64,000 nt of DNA, taken from positions 186,001-250,000 of the forward strand of contig BROI01000006.1 of the NCBI GenBank assembly GCA_027923505.1, written 5' to 3'. Positions 1-12,371 of the stretch are shown piece after piece. A model generated the notes under the pieces. It searched no databases, was not told the DNA's origin, and saw only the letters and a program-made list of their open reading frames with translations. The translations under genes were made by a program, and so were the position numbers. The number at the start of each line of letters is the position of its first letter. Positions within the stretch are counted from its first letter, which is position 1. The DNA is from Mayamaea pseudoterrestris. Lineage: Eukaryota.

Positions 1-3000
1 ACAAAGAACATACATTTTTTAAGTGATTAGACCACAAAGGCTTGTCACCTTGGGTGTGAAACCCATCCCTTTGCCATGAGACTCCGCACATTCAACCAAT
101 GGTTGAATGTGCCAGCCATGTACCCTTTTTGGCTACACAAACCATCATTGTTGCCAGTTGAGCCCTCCAATCCATTTCAATTCATGTCTGGTGTCATGAT
201 GGGCCAATGCTTAAGTCAGTTGCACCCACCCATTCCAGTCTCCACCACCATGTATGTCATGGTGAGACTCGGCAGATCCAACAACTTGTTGAATCTGCTA
301 GCAGCGCACCTCAAGTGGCACTCCAGACTGCCAGAATGGCCTGCCAGTTTTGAAATACAAAGAACATACATTTTTTAAGTGATTAGACCACAAAGGCTTG
401 TCACCTTGGGTGTGAAACCCATCCCTTTGCCATGAGACTCCGCTGTACCCTTTTTGGCTACATGAACCATCATTGTTGCCAGCTGAGCCCTCCAATCCAT
501 TTCAATTCATGTTTGGTGTCATGATGGGCCAATGCTTAAGTCAGTTGCACCCACCCATTCCAGTCTCCACCACCATGTATGTCATGGTGAGACTCGGCAG
601 ATCCAACAACTTGTTGAATCTGCTAGCAGCGCACCTCAAGTGGCACTCCAGACTGCCAGAATGGCCTGCCAGTTCTGGAATACAAAGAACATACATTTTG
701 TAAGTGATTAGACCGCAAAGGCTTGTCACCTTGGGTGTGAAACCCATCCCTTTGCCATGAGACTCCGCACATTCAACCAATGGTTGAATGTGCCAGCCGT
801 GTACCCTTTTTGGCTACACGAACCATCATTGTTGCCAGCTGAGTCCTCCAATCCATTTCAATTCATGTTTGGTGTCATGATGGGCCAATGCTTAAGTCAG
901 TTGCACCCACCCATTCCAGTCTCCACCACCATGTATGTCACGGTGAGACTAGGCAGATCCAACAACTTGTTGAATCTGCTAGCAGCGCACCTCAAGTGGC
1001 ACTCCAGACTGCCAGAATGGCCTGCCAGTTCTGGAATACAAAGAACATACATTTTGTAAGTGATTAGACCACAAAGGCTTGTCACCTTGGGTGTGAAACC
1101 CATCCCTTTGCCATGAGACTCCGCTGTACCCTTTTTGGCTACACGAACCATCATTGTTGCCAGTTGAGCCATCCAATCTATTTCAATTCATGTTTGGTGT
1201 CATGATGGGCCAATGCTTAAGTCAGTTGCACCCACCCATTCCAGTCTCCATCACCATGTATGTCATGGTGAGACTCGGCAGATCCAACAACTTGTTGAAT
1301 CTGCTAGCAGCGCACCTCAAGTGGCACTCCAGACTGCCAGAATGGCTGTACCCTTTTTGGCTACACGAACCATCATTGTTGCCAGTTGAGCCATCCAATC
1401 TATTTCAATTCATGTTTGGTGTCATGATGGGCCAATGCTTAAGTCAGTTGCACCCACCCATTCCAGTCTCCATCACCATGTATGTCATGGTGAGACTCGG
1501 CAGATCCAACAACTTGTTGAATCTGCTAGCAGCGCACCTCAAGTGGCACTCCAGACTGCCAGAATGGCCTGCCAGTTCTGGAATACAAAGAACATACATT
1601 TTGTAAGTGATTAGACCACAAAGGCTTGTCACCTTGGGTGTGAAACCCATCCCTTTGCCATGAGACTCCGCACATTCAACCAATGGTTGAATGTGCCAGC
1701 CGTGCACCCTTTTTGGCTACACAAACCATCATTGTTGCCAGTTGAGCCCTCCAATCCATTTCCATTTCATGTTTGGTGTCATGATGGGCCAATGCTTAAG
1801 TCAGTTGCACCCATTCCAATCTCCACCACCATGTATGACATGGTGAGACTCTGCATATCCAACAACTTGTTAAATCTGCCAGCACTGCACCTCAAGTGGC
1901 ACTTCCGACTGCCAGAATGGCCTGCCAGTTCTGGAATACAAAAACATACATTTTGTAAGTGATTAGACCGCAAAGGCTTGTCACCTTGGGTGTGAAACCT
2001 GTCACTGTGCCATGAGATTGCGCACATTCAACTAACATATGGTTGAATGTGCCAGCTGTGCCCCCTTCTTGGCTACACAAACCATCATTGTTGCCAGTTG
2101 AGCCTTCCAATCCATTTCAATTCATGTTTGGTGTCATGATGGGCCAATGCTTAAGTCAGTTGCACCCACCCATTCCAGTCTCCACCACCATGTATGTCAT
2201 GGTGAGACTCAGCAGATCCAACAACTTGTTGAATCTGCTAGCAGCACCGCAAGTGGCACTCCAGACTGCCAGAATGGCCTGCCAGTTTTGAAATACAAAG
2301 AACATACATTTTTGAAGTGATAAGACCGCAAAGGCTTGTCACCATGGGTGTGAAACCCATCCTTTTGACATGAGACTCCGCACATTCAACCAATGGTTGA
2401 ATGTGCCACACCCTTTTTGGCTACACAAACCATCATTGTTGCCAGCTGAGCCTTCCAATCCATTTCAATTCATGTTTGGTGTCATGATGGGCCAATGCTT
2501 AAGTCACAGTTGCACCCACCATTCCAGTCTCCATCACCATGTATGTCATGGTGAGAACTGCAGATCCAACAACTTGTTGAATCTGCTAGCAGCCACCTCA
2601 AGTGGCACTCCAGACTGCCAGAATGCCTGCCAGTTCTGGAATACAAAGAACATACATTTTTTAAGTGATTAGAGTGAAGGTTTGTCACCTTGGGTGTGAA
2701 CCCATCCCCTTTGCCATGAGACTCCGCACATTCAACCAATCGTTGAATGTGCCAGCACGCACCCTTTTGGCTACACAAACCATATTTGTTGCCAAGTTGA
2801 GCCCTCCAATCCATTTCCATTCATGTTTGGTGTCATGATGGGCCAATGCTTGAGTCAGTTGCACCCACCATTCCAGTCTCACCACCATGTATGTCATGGT
2901 GAGACTCGGCAGATCCAACAACTTGTTGAATCTGCTAGCAGCGCACCTCAAGTGGCACTCCAGACTGCCAGAATGGCCTGCCAGTTCTGGAATAAAAAGA

Positions 3001-6000
3001 ACATACATTTTGTAAGTGATTAGACCACAAAGGCTTGTCACCTTGGGTGTGAACCCATCCCCTTTGCCATGGGTCTCCACACATTGCCCAACCAATCGTT
3101 GCCCTTTTTGGCTACACAAACCATCATTGTTGCCAGTTGAGCCTTCCAATCCATTTCAATTCATGTTTGGTGTCATGATGGGCCAATGCTTAAGTCAGTT
3201 GCACCCACCCATTCCAGTCTCCACCACCATGTATGTCATGGTGAGACTCAGCAGATCCAACAACTTGTTGAATCTGCTAGCAGCGCCGCAAGTGGCACTT
3301 CAGACTGCCAGAATGGCCTGCCAGTTTTGGAATACAAAGAACATACATTTTTGAAGTGATAAGACCGCAAAGGCTTGTCACCTTGGGTGTGAAACCCATC
3401 CTTTTGCCATGAGACTCCGCGCATTCAACCAATGGTTGAATGTGCCACACCCTTTTTGGCTACACAAACCATCATTGTTGCCAGCTGAGCCTTCCAATCC
3501 ATTTCAATTCATGTTTGGTGTCATGATGGGCCAATGCTTAAGTCACAGTTGCACCCACCATTCCAGTCTCCATCACCATGTATGTCATGGTGAGAACTGC
3601 AGATCCAACAACTTGTTGAATCTGCTAGCAGCCACCTCAAGTGGCACTCCAGACTGCCAGAATGCCTGCCAGTTCTGGAATACAAAGAACATACATTTTT
3701 TAAGTGATTAGAGTGAAGGTTTGTCACCTTGGGTGTGAACCCATCCCCTTTGCCATGAGACTCCGCACATTCAACCAATCGTTGAATGTGCCAGCACGCA
3801 CCCTTTTGGCTACACAAACCATATTTGTTGCCAAGTTGAGCCCTCCAATCCATTTCCATTCATGTTTGGTGTCATGATGGGCCAATGCTTGAGTCAGTTG
3901 CACCCACCATTCCAGTCTCACCACCATGTATGTCATGGTGAGACTCGGCAGATCCAACAACTTGTTGAATCTGCTAGCAGCGCACCTCAAGTGGCACTCC
4001 AGACTGCCAGAATGGCCTGCCAGTTCTGGAATAAAAAGAACATACATTTTGTAAGTGATTAGACCACAAAGGCTTGTCACCTTGGGTGTGAACCCATCCC
4101 CTTTGCCATGGGTCTCCACACATTGCCCAACCAATCGTTGTTGCCGTTCTATCCATTCATCATCATCTTTTTTGGCCACAACCACATCTGTTGTAGTTGA
4201 GCCCCCCAATCCATTTCCATTCATGTTGGGTGTCATGATGGGCCAACAGGTGGCCGTGTGCCCATCCCCCCATTTTCGATCATCATGTTGTGTCATTGGG
4301 CCATGTGAGTCACCCCACCCATCCGTCACCAACATGTATGTCATGGAGACTAGGCAGATCCAACAACTTGTTGAATCTGCTGCAGCGCACCCTCAAGTGG
4401 CACTTCAGACTGCCAGAATGGTTTCTGGAATACAAAGAACATGTCACTGCAAGGCTTGTCACCTTGGGTGTGAAACCATCCTTTTGCCATGAGACTCCAC
4501 ATTCAACCAATCTGAATGTGCCACACCCTTTTTTGGCATCACGAACCATCATTGTTGCCAGCTTAAGCCCCCAATCCAATTTTCAATTCATGTTTGGTGT
4601 CATGATGGGCCAATGCTTAAGTCAGTTGCACCCCATCCATTCCAGTTTCCACCACCATGTATGTATGGTGAGACTTGGCAGATCCAACAACTTGTTGAAT
4701 CTGCTAGCAGCGCACCTCAAGTGGCACTCCAGACTGCCAGAATGGCCTGCCAGTTCTGGAATACAAAGAACATACATTTTTTAAGTGATTAGACCACAAA
4801 GGCTTGTCACCTTGGGTGTGAAACCCATCCCTTTGCCATGAGACTCCGCTGTACCCTTTTTGGCTACATGAATCATCATTGTTGCCAGCTTAGCCCTCCA
4901 ATCCATTTCAATTCATGTTTGGTGTCATGATGGGCCAATGCTTAAGTCAGTTGCAACCCACCCATTCAGTCTCCACCACCATGTATGTTGTACCCTTTTT
5001 GGCTACATGAATCATCATTGTTGCCAGCTTAGCCCTCCAATCCATTTCAATTCATGTTTGGTGTCATGATGGGCCAATGCTTAAGTCAGTTGAAACCCAC
5101 CCATTCAGTCTCCACCACCATGTATGTGCATTGTAGACTGGAGATCCCAACTTGAATTCTACACGCCCTCAAGTGGCACTTCCTGCAGAATGGACCTGCC
5201 AGTTTTGGAATACAAAGAACATACATTTTTTTTCATAAGTGATTAGACCCAAAGGCTTGTCACCTTGGGTGTAAACCCATTCCTTTGCCATGAGACTCCG
5301 CGACATTCAACCAATGGTTGAATGTGCCGTGACCCTTTTGGCTCCAGCCATCATTTTGCCAGCTGAGCCCCAATCCATTTCAATTCATGTTTGGTGTCAT
5401 GATGGGCCAATGCTAGTCACTTGCCACCCATTCCAGTCTCCACCACCATGTATGTCATGGTGAGACTTCGGCAGATCCAACAACTTGGGCACCTCAAGTG
5501 GCACTCCAGACTGCCAGAATGGCCTGCCAGTTCTGGAATAAAAAGAACATACATTTTGTAAGTGATTAGACCACAAAGGCTTGTCACCTTGGGCGTGAAA
5601 CCCATCCCTTTGCCATGAGACTCCGCACATTCAACCAATGGTTGAATGTGCCAGCCGTGCACCCTTTTTGGCTACATAAACCATCATTGTTGCCAGCTGA
5701 GCCCTCCAATCCATTTCAATTCATGTTTGGTGTCATGATGGGCCAATGCTTAAATCAACTGCACCCACCCATTCCAGTATTCACCACCATGTATGTCATG
5801 GTGAGACTGGGCAGATCCAACAACTTGTTGAATCTGCTAGCAGCGCACCTCAAGTGGCACTCCAGACTGCCAGAATGGCCTGCCAGTTCTGGAATAAAAA
5901 GAACATACATTTTGTAAGTGATTAGACCACAAAGGCTTGTCACCTTGGGCGTGAAACCCATCCCTTTGCCATGAGACTCCGCACATTCAACCAATGGTTG

Positions 6001-9000
6001 AATGTGCCAGCCGTGCACCCTTTTTGGCTACATAAACCATCATTGTTGCCAGCTGAGCCCTCCAATCCATTTCAATTCATGTTTGGTGTCATGATGGGCC
6101 AATGCTTAAGTCAGTTGCACCCACCCATTCCAGTCTCCACCACCATGTATGTCATGGTGAGACTCGGCAGATCAAACAACTTGTTGAATCTGCTAGCAGC
6201 GCACCAAAAGTGGCACTCCAGACTGCCAGAATGGCTTGCCAGTTCTGGAATACAAAGAACATACATTTTTGAAGTGATTAGACCGCAAAGGCTTGTCACC
6301 TTGGGTGTGAAACCCATCCCTTTGCCATGAGACTCCGCACGTTCGACCAATGGTTGAATGTGCCAGCCATGTACCCTTTTTGGCTACACAAACCATCATT
6401 GTTGCCAGTTGAGCCACTACCTTGGTAACCACGCTTACTTGCCAGTTGAGCCCTCCAATCCATTTCAATTCATGTTTGGTGTCATGATGGGCCAATGCTT
6501 AAGTCAGTTGCACCCACCCATTCCAGTCTCCACCACCATGTATGTCATGGTGAGACTCGGCAGATCCAACAACTTGTTGAATCTGCTAGCAGCGCACCTC
6601 AAGTGGCACTCCAGACTGCCAGAATGGCTTGCCAGTTCTGGAATACAAAGAACATACATTTTTGAAGTGATTAGACCGCAAAGGCTTGTCACCTTGGGTG
6701 TGAAACCCATCCCTTTGCCATGAGACTCCGCACATTCAACCAATGGTTGAATGTGCCAGCCATGTACCCTTTTTGGCTACACAAACCATCATTGTTGCCA
6801 GTTGAGCCCTCCAATCCATTTCAATTCATGTTTGGTGTCATGATGGGCCAATGCTTAGTCAGTTGCACCCACCCATTCCAGTCTCCACCAACATGTATGT
6901 CATGATGAGACTAGGCAGATCCAACAACTTGTTGAATCTGCTAGCAGCGCACCTCAAGTGGCACTCCAGACTGCCAGAATGGCCTGCCAGTTTTGGAATA
7001 CAAAGAACATACATACATTTTGTAAGTGATTAGACCACAAAGGCTTGTCACCTTGGGTGTGAAACCCATCCCTTTGCCGTACCACCAATGGTGAATGTGC
7101 CAGCCACCATTTTTGGCTATACAAACCATCATTGTTGCCAGTTGAGCCCTCCAATCCATTTCAATTCATGTTTGGTGTCATGATGGGCCAATGCTTAGGT
7201 ATGTTGCACCCACCCATTCCAGTCTCCACCACCATGTATGTCATGGTGAGACTCGGCAGATCCAACAACTTGTTGAATCTGCTAGCAGCGCACCTCAAGT
7301 GGCACTCCAGACTGCCAGAATGGCCTGCTAGTTCTGGATTACAAAGAACATACATTCTGTAAGTGATTGGACCGCAAAGGATTGTCATCTTGGGTATAAA
7401 ACCCATCCCTTTGCCATGAGACTCCGCACATTCAACCAATGGTTGAATGTGCCAGCCATGTACCCTTTTTGGCTACACAAACCATCATTGTTGCCAGCTT
7501 AGCCCTCCAATCCATTTCAATTCATGTTTGGTGTCATGATGGGCCAATGCTTAAGTCAGTTGCACCCACCCATTCCAGTCTCCACCACCATGTATGTCAT
7601 GGTGAGACTCGGCAGATCCAACAACTTGTTGAATCTGCTAGCAGCGCACCTCAAGTGGCACTCCAGACTGCCAGAATGGCCTGCCAGTTCTGGAATACAA
7701 AGAACATACATTTTTTTAGTAATTAGACCGCAAAGGCTTGTCACCTTGGGTGTGAAACCCATCCCTTTGCCATGAGACTCCGCACATTCAACCAATGGTT
7801 GAATGTGCCAGCCGTGCACCCTTTTTGGCTACACGAACCATCATTGTTGCCAGCTTAGCCCTCCAATCCATTTCAATTCATGTTTGGTGTCATGATGGGC
7901 CAATGCTTAAGTCAGTTGCACCCACCCATTCCAGTCTCCACCACCATGTATGTCATGGTGAGACTCGGCAGATCCAACAACTTGTTGAATCTGCTAGCAG
8001 CGCACCTCAAGTGGCACTCCAGACTGCCAGAATGGCCTGCCAGTTCTGGAATACAAAGAACATACATTTTTTAAGTGATTAGACCGCAAAGGCTTGTCAC
8101 CTTGGGTGTGAAACCCATCCCTTTGCCATGAGACTCCGCACATTCAACCAATGGTTGAATGTGCCAGCCGTGCACCCTTTTTGGCTACACGAACCATCAT
8201 TGTTGCCAGCTTAGCCCTCCAATCCATTTCAATTCATGTTTGGTGTCATGATGGGCCAATGCTTAGTCAGTTGCACCCACCCATTCCAGTCTCCACCAAC
8301 ATGTATGTCATGGAGAGACTAGGCAGATCCAACAACTTGTTGAATCTGCTAGCAGCGCACCTCAAGTGGCACTCCAGACAGCCAAAATGGCTTGCCAGTT
8401 TTGGAATACAAAGAACATACATTTTTGAAGTGATAAGACCGCAAAGGCTTGTCACCTTGGGTGTGAAACCCATCCCTTTGCCATGAGACTCCGCGCATTC
8501 AACCAATGGTTGAATGTGCCAGCCGTGCACCCTTTTTGGCTATACGATCCATCATTGTTGCCAGCTTAGCCCTCCAATCCATTTCAATTCATGTTTGGTG
8601 TTATGATGGGCCAATGCTTAAGTCAGTTGCACCCACCCATTCCAGTCTCCACCACCATGTATGTCATGGTGAGACTCAATGGTTGAATGTGCCAGCCATG
8701 TACCCTTTTTGGCTACACAAACCATCATTGTTGCCAGCTTAGCCCTCCAATCCATTTCAATTCATGTTTGGTGTCATGATGGGCCAATGCTTAAGTCAGT
8801 TGCACCCACCCATTCCAGTCTCCACCACCATGTATGTCATGGTGAGACTCGGCAGATCCAACAACTTGTTGAATCTGCTAGCAGCGCACCTCAAGTGGCA
8901 CTCCAGACTGCCAGAATGGCCTGCCAGTTCTGGAATACAAAGAACATACATTTTTTTAGTAATTAGACCGCAAAGGCTTGTCACCTTGGGTGTGAAACCC

Positions 9001-11534
9001 ATCCCTTTGCCATGAGACTCCGCACATTCAACCAATGGTTGAATGTGCCAGCCGTGCACCCTTTTTGGCTACACGAACCATCATTGTTGCCAGCTTAGCC
9101 CTCCAATCCATTTCAATTCATGTTTGGTGTCATGATGGGCCAATGCTTAAGTCAGTTGCACCCACCCATTCCAGTCTCCACCACCATGTATGTCATGGTG
9201 AGACTCGGCAGATCCAACAACTTGTTGAATCTGCTAGCAGCGCACCTCAAGTGGCACTCCAGACTGCCAGAATGGCCTGCCAGTTCTGGAATACAAAGAA
9301 CATACATTTTTTAAGTGATTAGACCGCAAAGGCTTGTCACCTTGGGTGTGAAACCCATCCCTTTGCCATGAGACTCCGCACATTCAACCAATGGTTGAAT
9401 GTGCCAGCCGTGCACCCTTTTTGGCTACACGAACCATCATTGTTGCCAGCTTAGCCCTCCAATCCATTTCAATTCATGTTTGGTGTCATGATGGGCCAAT
9501 GCTTAGTCAGTTGCACCCACCCATTCCAGTCTCCACCAACATGTATGTCATGGAGAGACTAGGCAGATCCAACAACTTGTTGAATCTGCTAGCAGCGCAC
9601 CTCAAGTGGCACTCCAGACAGCCAAAATGGCTTGCCAGTTTTGGAATACAAAGAACATACATTTTTGAAGTGATAAGACCGCAAAGGCTTGTCACCTTGG
9701 GTGTGAAACCCATCCCTTTGCCATGAGACTCCGCGCATTCAACCAATGGTTGAATGTGCCAGCCGTGCACCCTTTTTGGCTATACGATCCATCATTGTTG
9801 CCAGCTTAGCCCTCCAATCCATTTCAATTCATGTTTGGTGTTATGATGGGCCAATGCTTAAGTCAGTTGCACCCACCCATTCCAGTCTCCACCACCATGT
9901 ATGTCATGGTGAGACTCTGTTGCAGCCCACAAGTGGCACTCCAGACTGCCAGAATGGCCTGCCAGTTCTGGAATACAGAACAACATACATTTTTGAAGTC
10001 TGCAAAACCGCAAAGGCTTGTCACCATGGGTGTGAAACCCATCCTTTTGACATGAGACTCCGCACATTCAACCAATGGTTGAATGTGCCAGCCGTGCACC
10101 CTTTTTGGCTACACGAACCATCATTGTTGCCAGCTTAGCCCTCCAATCCATTTCAATTTCATTTTTGGTGTCATGATGGCAATACGTCAACACCCAGTCT
10201 CCACCACCATGCATTCATGGTGAGACTCGGCAGATCCAACAACTTTTGAATTGTGCATCCAGTGGCACTCCAGACTGCCAGAAAGGCCTGCCAGCTGCCA
10301 GAAAGGCCTGCCAGACTGGAAACAGAAACATTTTTTTAGTAATTAGACCGCAAAGGCTTGTCACCTTGGGTGTGAAACCCATCCCTTTGCCATGAGACTC
10401 CGCACGTTCAACCAATGGTTGAATGTGCCAGCCGTGCACCCTTTTTGGCTACACAAACCATCATTGTTGCCAGTTGAGCCCTCCAATCCATTTCAATTCA
10501 TGTTTGGTGTCATGATGGGCCAATGCTTAAGTCAGTTGCACCCACCCATTCCAGTCTCCACCACCATGTATGTCATGGTGAGACTCGGCAGATCCAACAA
10601 CTTGTTGAATCTGCTAGCAGCGCACCTCAAGTGGCACTCCAGACTGCCAGAATGGCCTGCCAGTTCTGGAATACAAAGAACATACATTTTTGAAGTGATT
10701 AGATCGCAAAGGCTTGTCACCTTGGGTGTGAAACCCATCCCTTTGCCATGAGACTCCGCACGTTCAACCAATGGTTGAATGTGCCAGCCGTGCACCCTTT
10801 TTGGCTACACGAACCATCATTGTTGCCAGTTGAGCCCTCCAATCCATTTCAATTCATGTTTGGTGTCATGATGGGCCAATGCTTAAGTCAGTTGCACCCA
10901 CCCATTCCAGTCTCCACCACCATGTATGTCATGGTGAGACTCGGCAGATCCAACAACTTGTTGAATTTGCTAGCAGCGCACCTCAAATGGCACTCCAGAC
11001 TGCCAGAATGGCCTGCCAGTTCTGGAATACAAAGAACATACATTTTTGAAGTGATTAGACCACAAAGGCTTGTCACCTTGGGTGTGAAACCCATCCCTTT
11101 GCCATGAGACTCCGCAAATTCAACCAATGGTTGAATGTGCCAGCCGTGCACCCTTTTTGGCTACACAAACCATCATTGTTGCCAGTTGAGCCCTCCAATC
11201 CATTTCAATTCATGTTTGGTGTCATGATGGGCCAATGCTTAAGTCCATTGCACCCACCCATTCCAGTCTCCACCACCATGTATGTCATGGTGCGGCAGAT
11301 CCAACAACTTGTTGAATCTGCTAGCAGCGCACCTCAAGTGGCACTCCAGACTGCCAGAATGGCCTGCCAGTTCTGAAATACATATAACATACATTTTTTT
11401 AGTGATAAATGCAAAGGCTTGTCACCTTGGGTGTGAAACCCATCCCTTTGCCATGAGACTCTGCACATTGTACCAATGGTTGCTGTGCCAGCCGTGCACC
11501 CTTTTTGGCTACACGTACCATCAATGTTGCCTGT
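1..11534. repeat. Tandem satellite array, 356-bp unit (dimer of ~186+170-bp subunits), ~32 copies plus partial units; open at window start
   Basis: ACAAAGAACATACATTTT at 1, 357, 682, etc.; the GTCACCTTGGG-like landmark was counted about 32 times. The same short ORFs recur at 356-bp spacing (5615/5971, 10392/10748/11104). Unit length is not a multiple of 3. Confidence 0.98.
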
Positions 11535-12108
11535 CAACCAATGCTACATGTGAGCTTAGAATGATTTCTATGCACCAATCTCACCACATATGTGTCCCCA
11601 AGCATAGCCAGAACAGAATTCATGGAACAAGACTAGTGGGGGTAATCTTTGAAGGCCTTACACTATAGCACCATGGATTTGGTCACTGTGTTGATCTTTG
11701 CCCTCCCCAACAACCGATGCTACATGTGAGCTGGGAATGATTGTTATGCACCAATCTCACCGCATACATGTATCCAAGCATAGCCAGAACAGAATTTATG
11801 GAACAAGACTAGTGGAGGTGTCGTTAAAGGCCACACACTGTAGCACCGTAGCACCTTGTAGCTGGTTACTGTGTAGCTTTGCCCTCCCAAACAACTGATG
11901 CTACACATGAGATGGGAATGATTGTTATGCACCAATTTCACTGCATACATGTCCCCAAGGATAGCCAGAACGGAATTTATGGAACAAGACTATTGGGGGT
12001 AGTCGTTGAAGGCCACACACTGTAGCACCATGGAGCGGGTTATTTATGGAACAAGACTATTGGGGGTAGTCGTTGAAGGCCACACACTGTAGCACCATGG
12101 AGCGGGTT
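11535..12108. repeat. Second short tandem repeat, ~176-181-bp unit (about 3 diverged copies), ending in a perfect 67-bp tandem duplication
   Basis: ATGCTACA...ATGATT...ATGCACCAAT...ATAGCCAGAAC...ATGGAACAAGACT starts at 11541, 11717 and 11898. ATTTATGGAACAAGAC...GAGCGGGTT is duplicated at 11975-12041 and 12042-12108. Confidence 0.93.
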
Positions 12109-12371
12109 GCAGTTTGACAGTCTTTGTGTGCGCGGAACGCGTAAAAGTCTTTGCAGGCTTTGTGAAACCATTGATCCTGCCACCTCCCCGCCCCGCGAAT
12201 GTGTTTAAGGATGTTGCCTCCATCCCGGTGTCTAACTGCTCATTTGCAAAGCACACACAACTTGATAATACCTTGGAATCGCAACGGTACTCATATATTT
12301 TCGACGAAACAAAATTCGTGCGCACTTTAGATCGCACAATTTTGCTGCGTAGTACAGTTAATGACAATAAC

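Noticed and set aside
4140..4520. Highly scrambled satellite patches (also ~5130-5490 and ~10160-10330) as distinct elements
   Set aside because: Still alignable to the unit and dominated by small indels; more likely poor consensus or local decay.
1..11534. CRISPR-like array (27-bp palindromes at regular spacing)
   Set aside because: The intervening sequences are themselves repeated and ~150 bp long rather than unique spacers; no cas genes; eukaryotic context.
1..11534. Hammerhead-ribozyme satellite/retrozyme, 5S rRNA, tRNA or snRNA array
   Set aside because: No CUGANGA core was seen on either strand of the unit, and no 5S, tRNA or snRNA similarity was recognised. Other ribozyme classes cannot be excluded without Infernal.
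76..11668. Dozens of 60-200-aa ORFs in the satellite
   Set aside because: Unit length is not a multiple of 3, copies carry frequent frameshifts, and no domain is recognisable; these are by-products of the repeat.
12114..12371. N-terminal extension or upstream REX1-S/TFB5-like ORF as in the bicistronic Chlamydomonas REX1
   Set aside because: Begins at TTG with promoter-like composition and no TFB5-like sequence visible.
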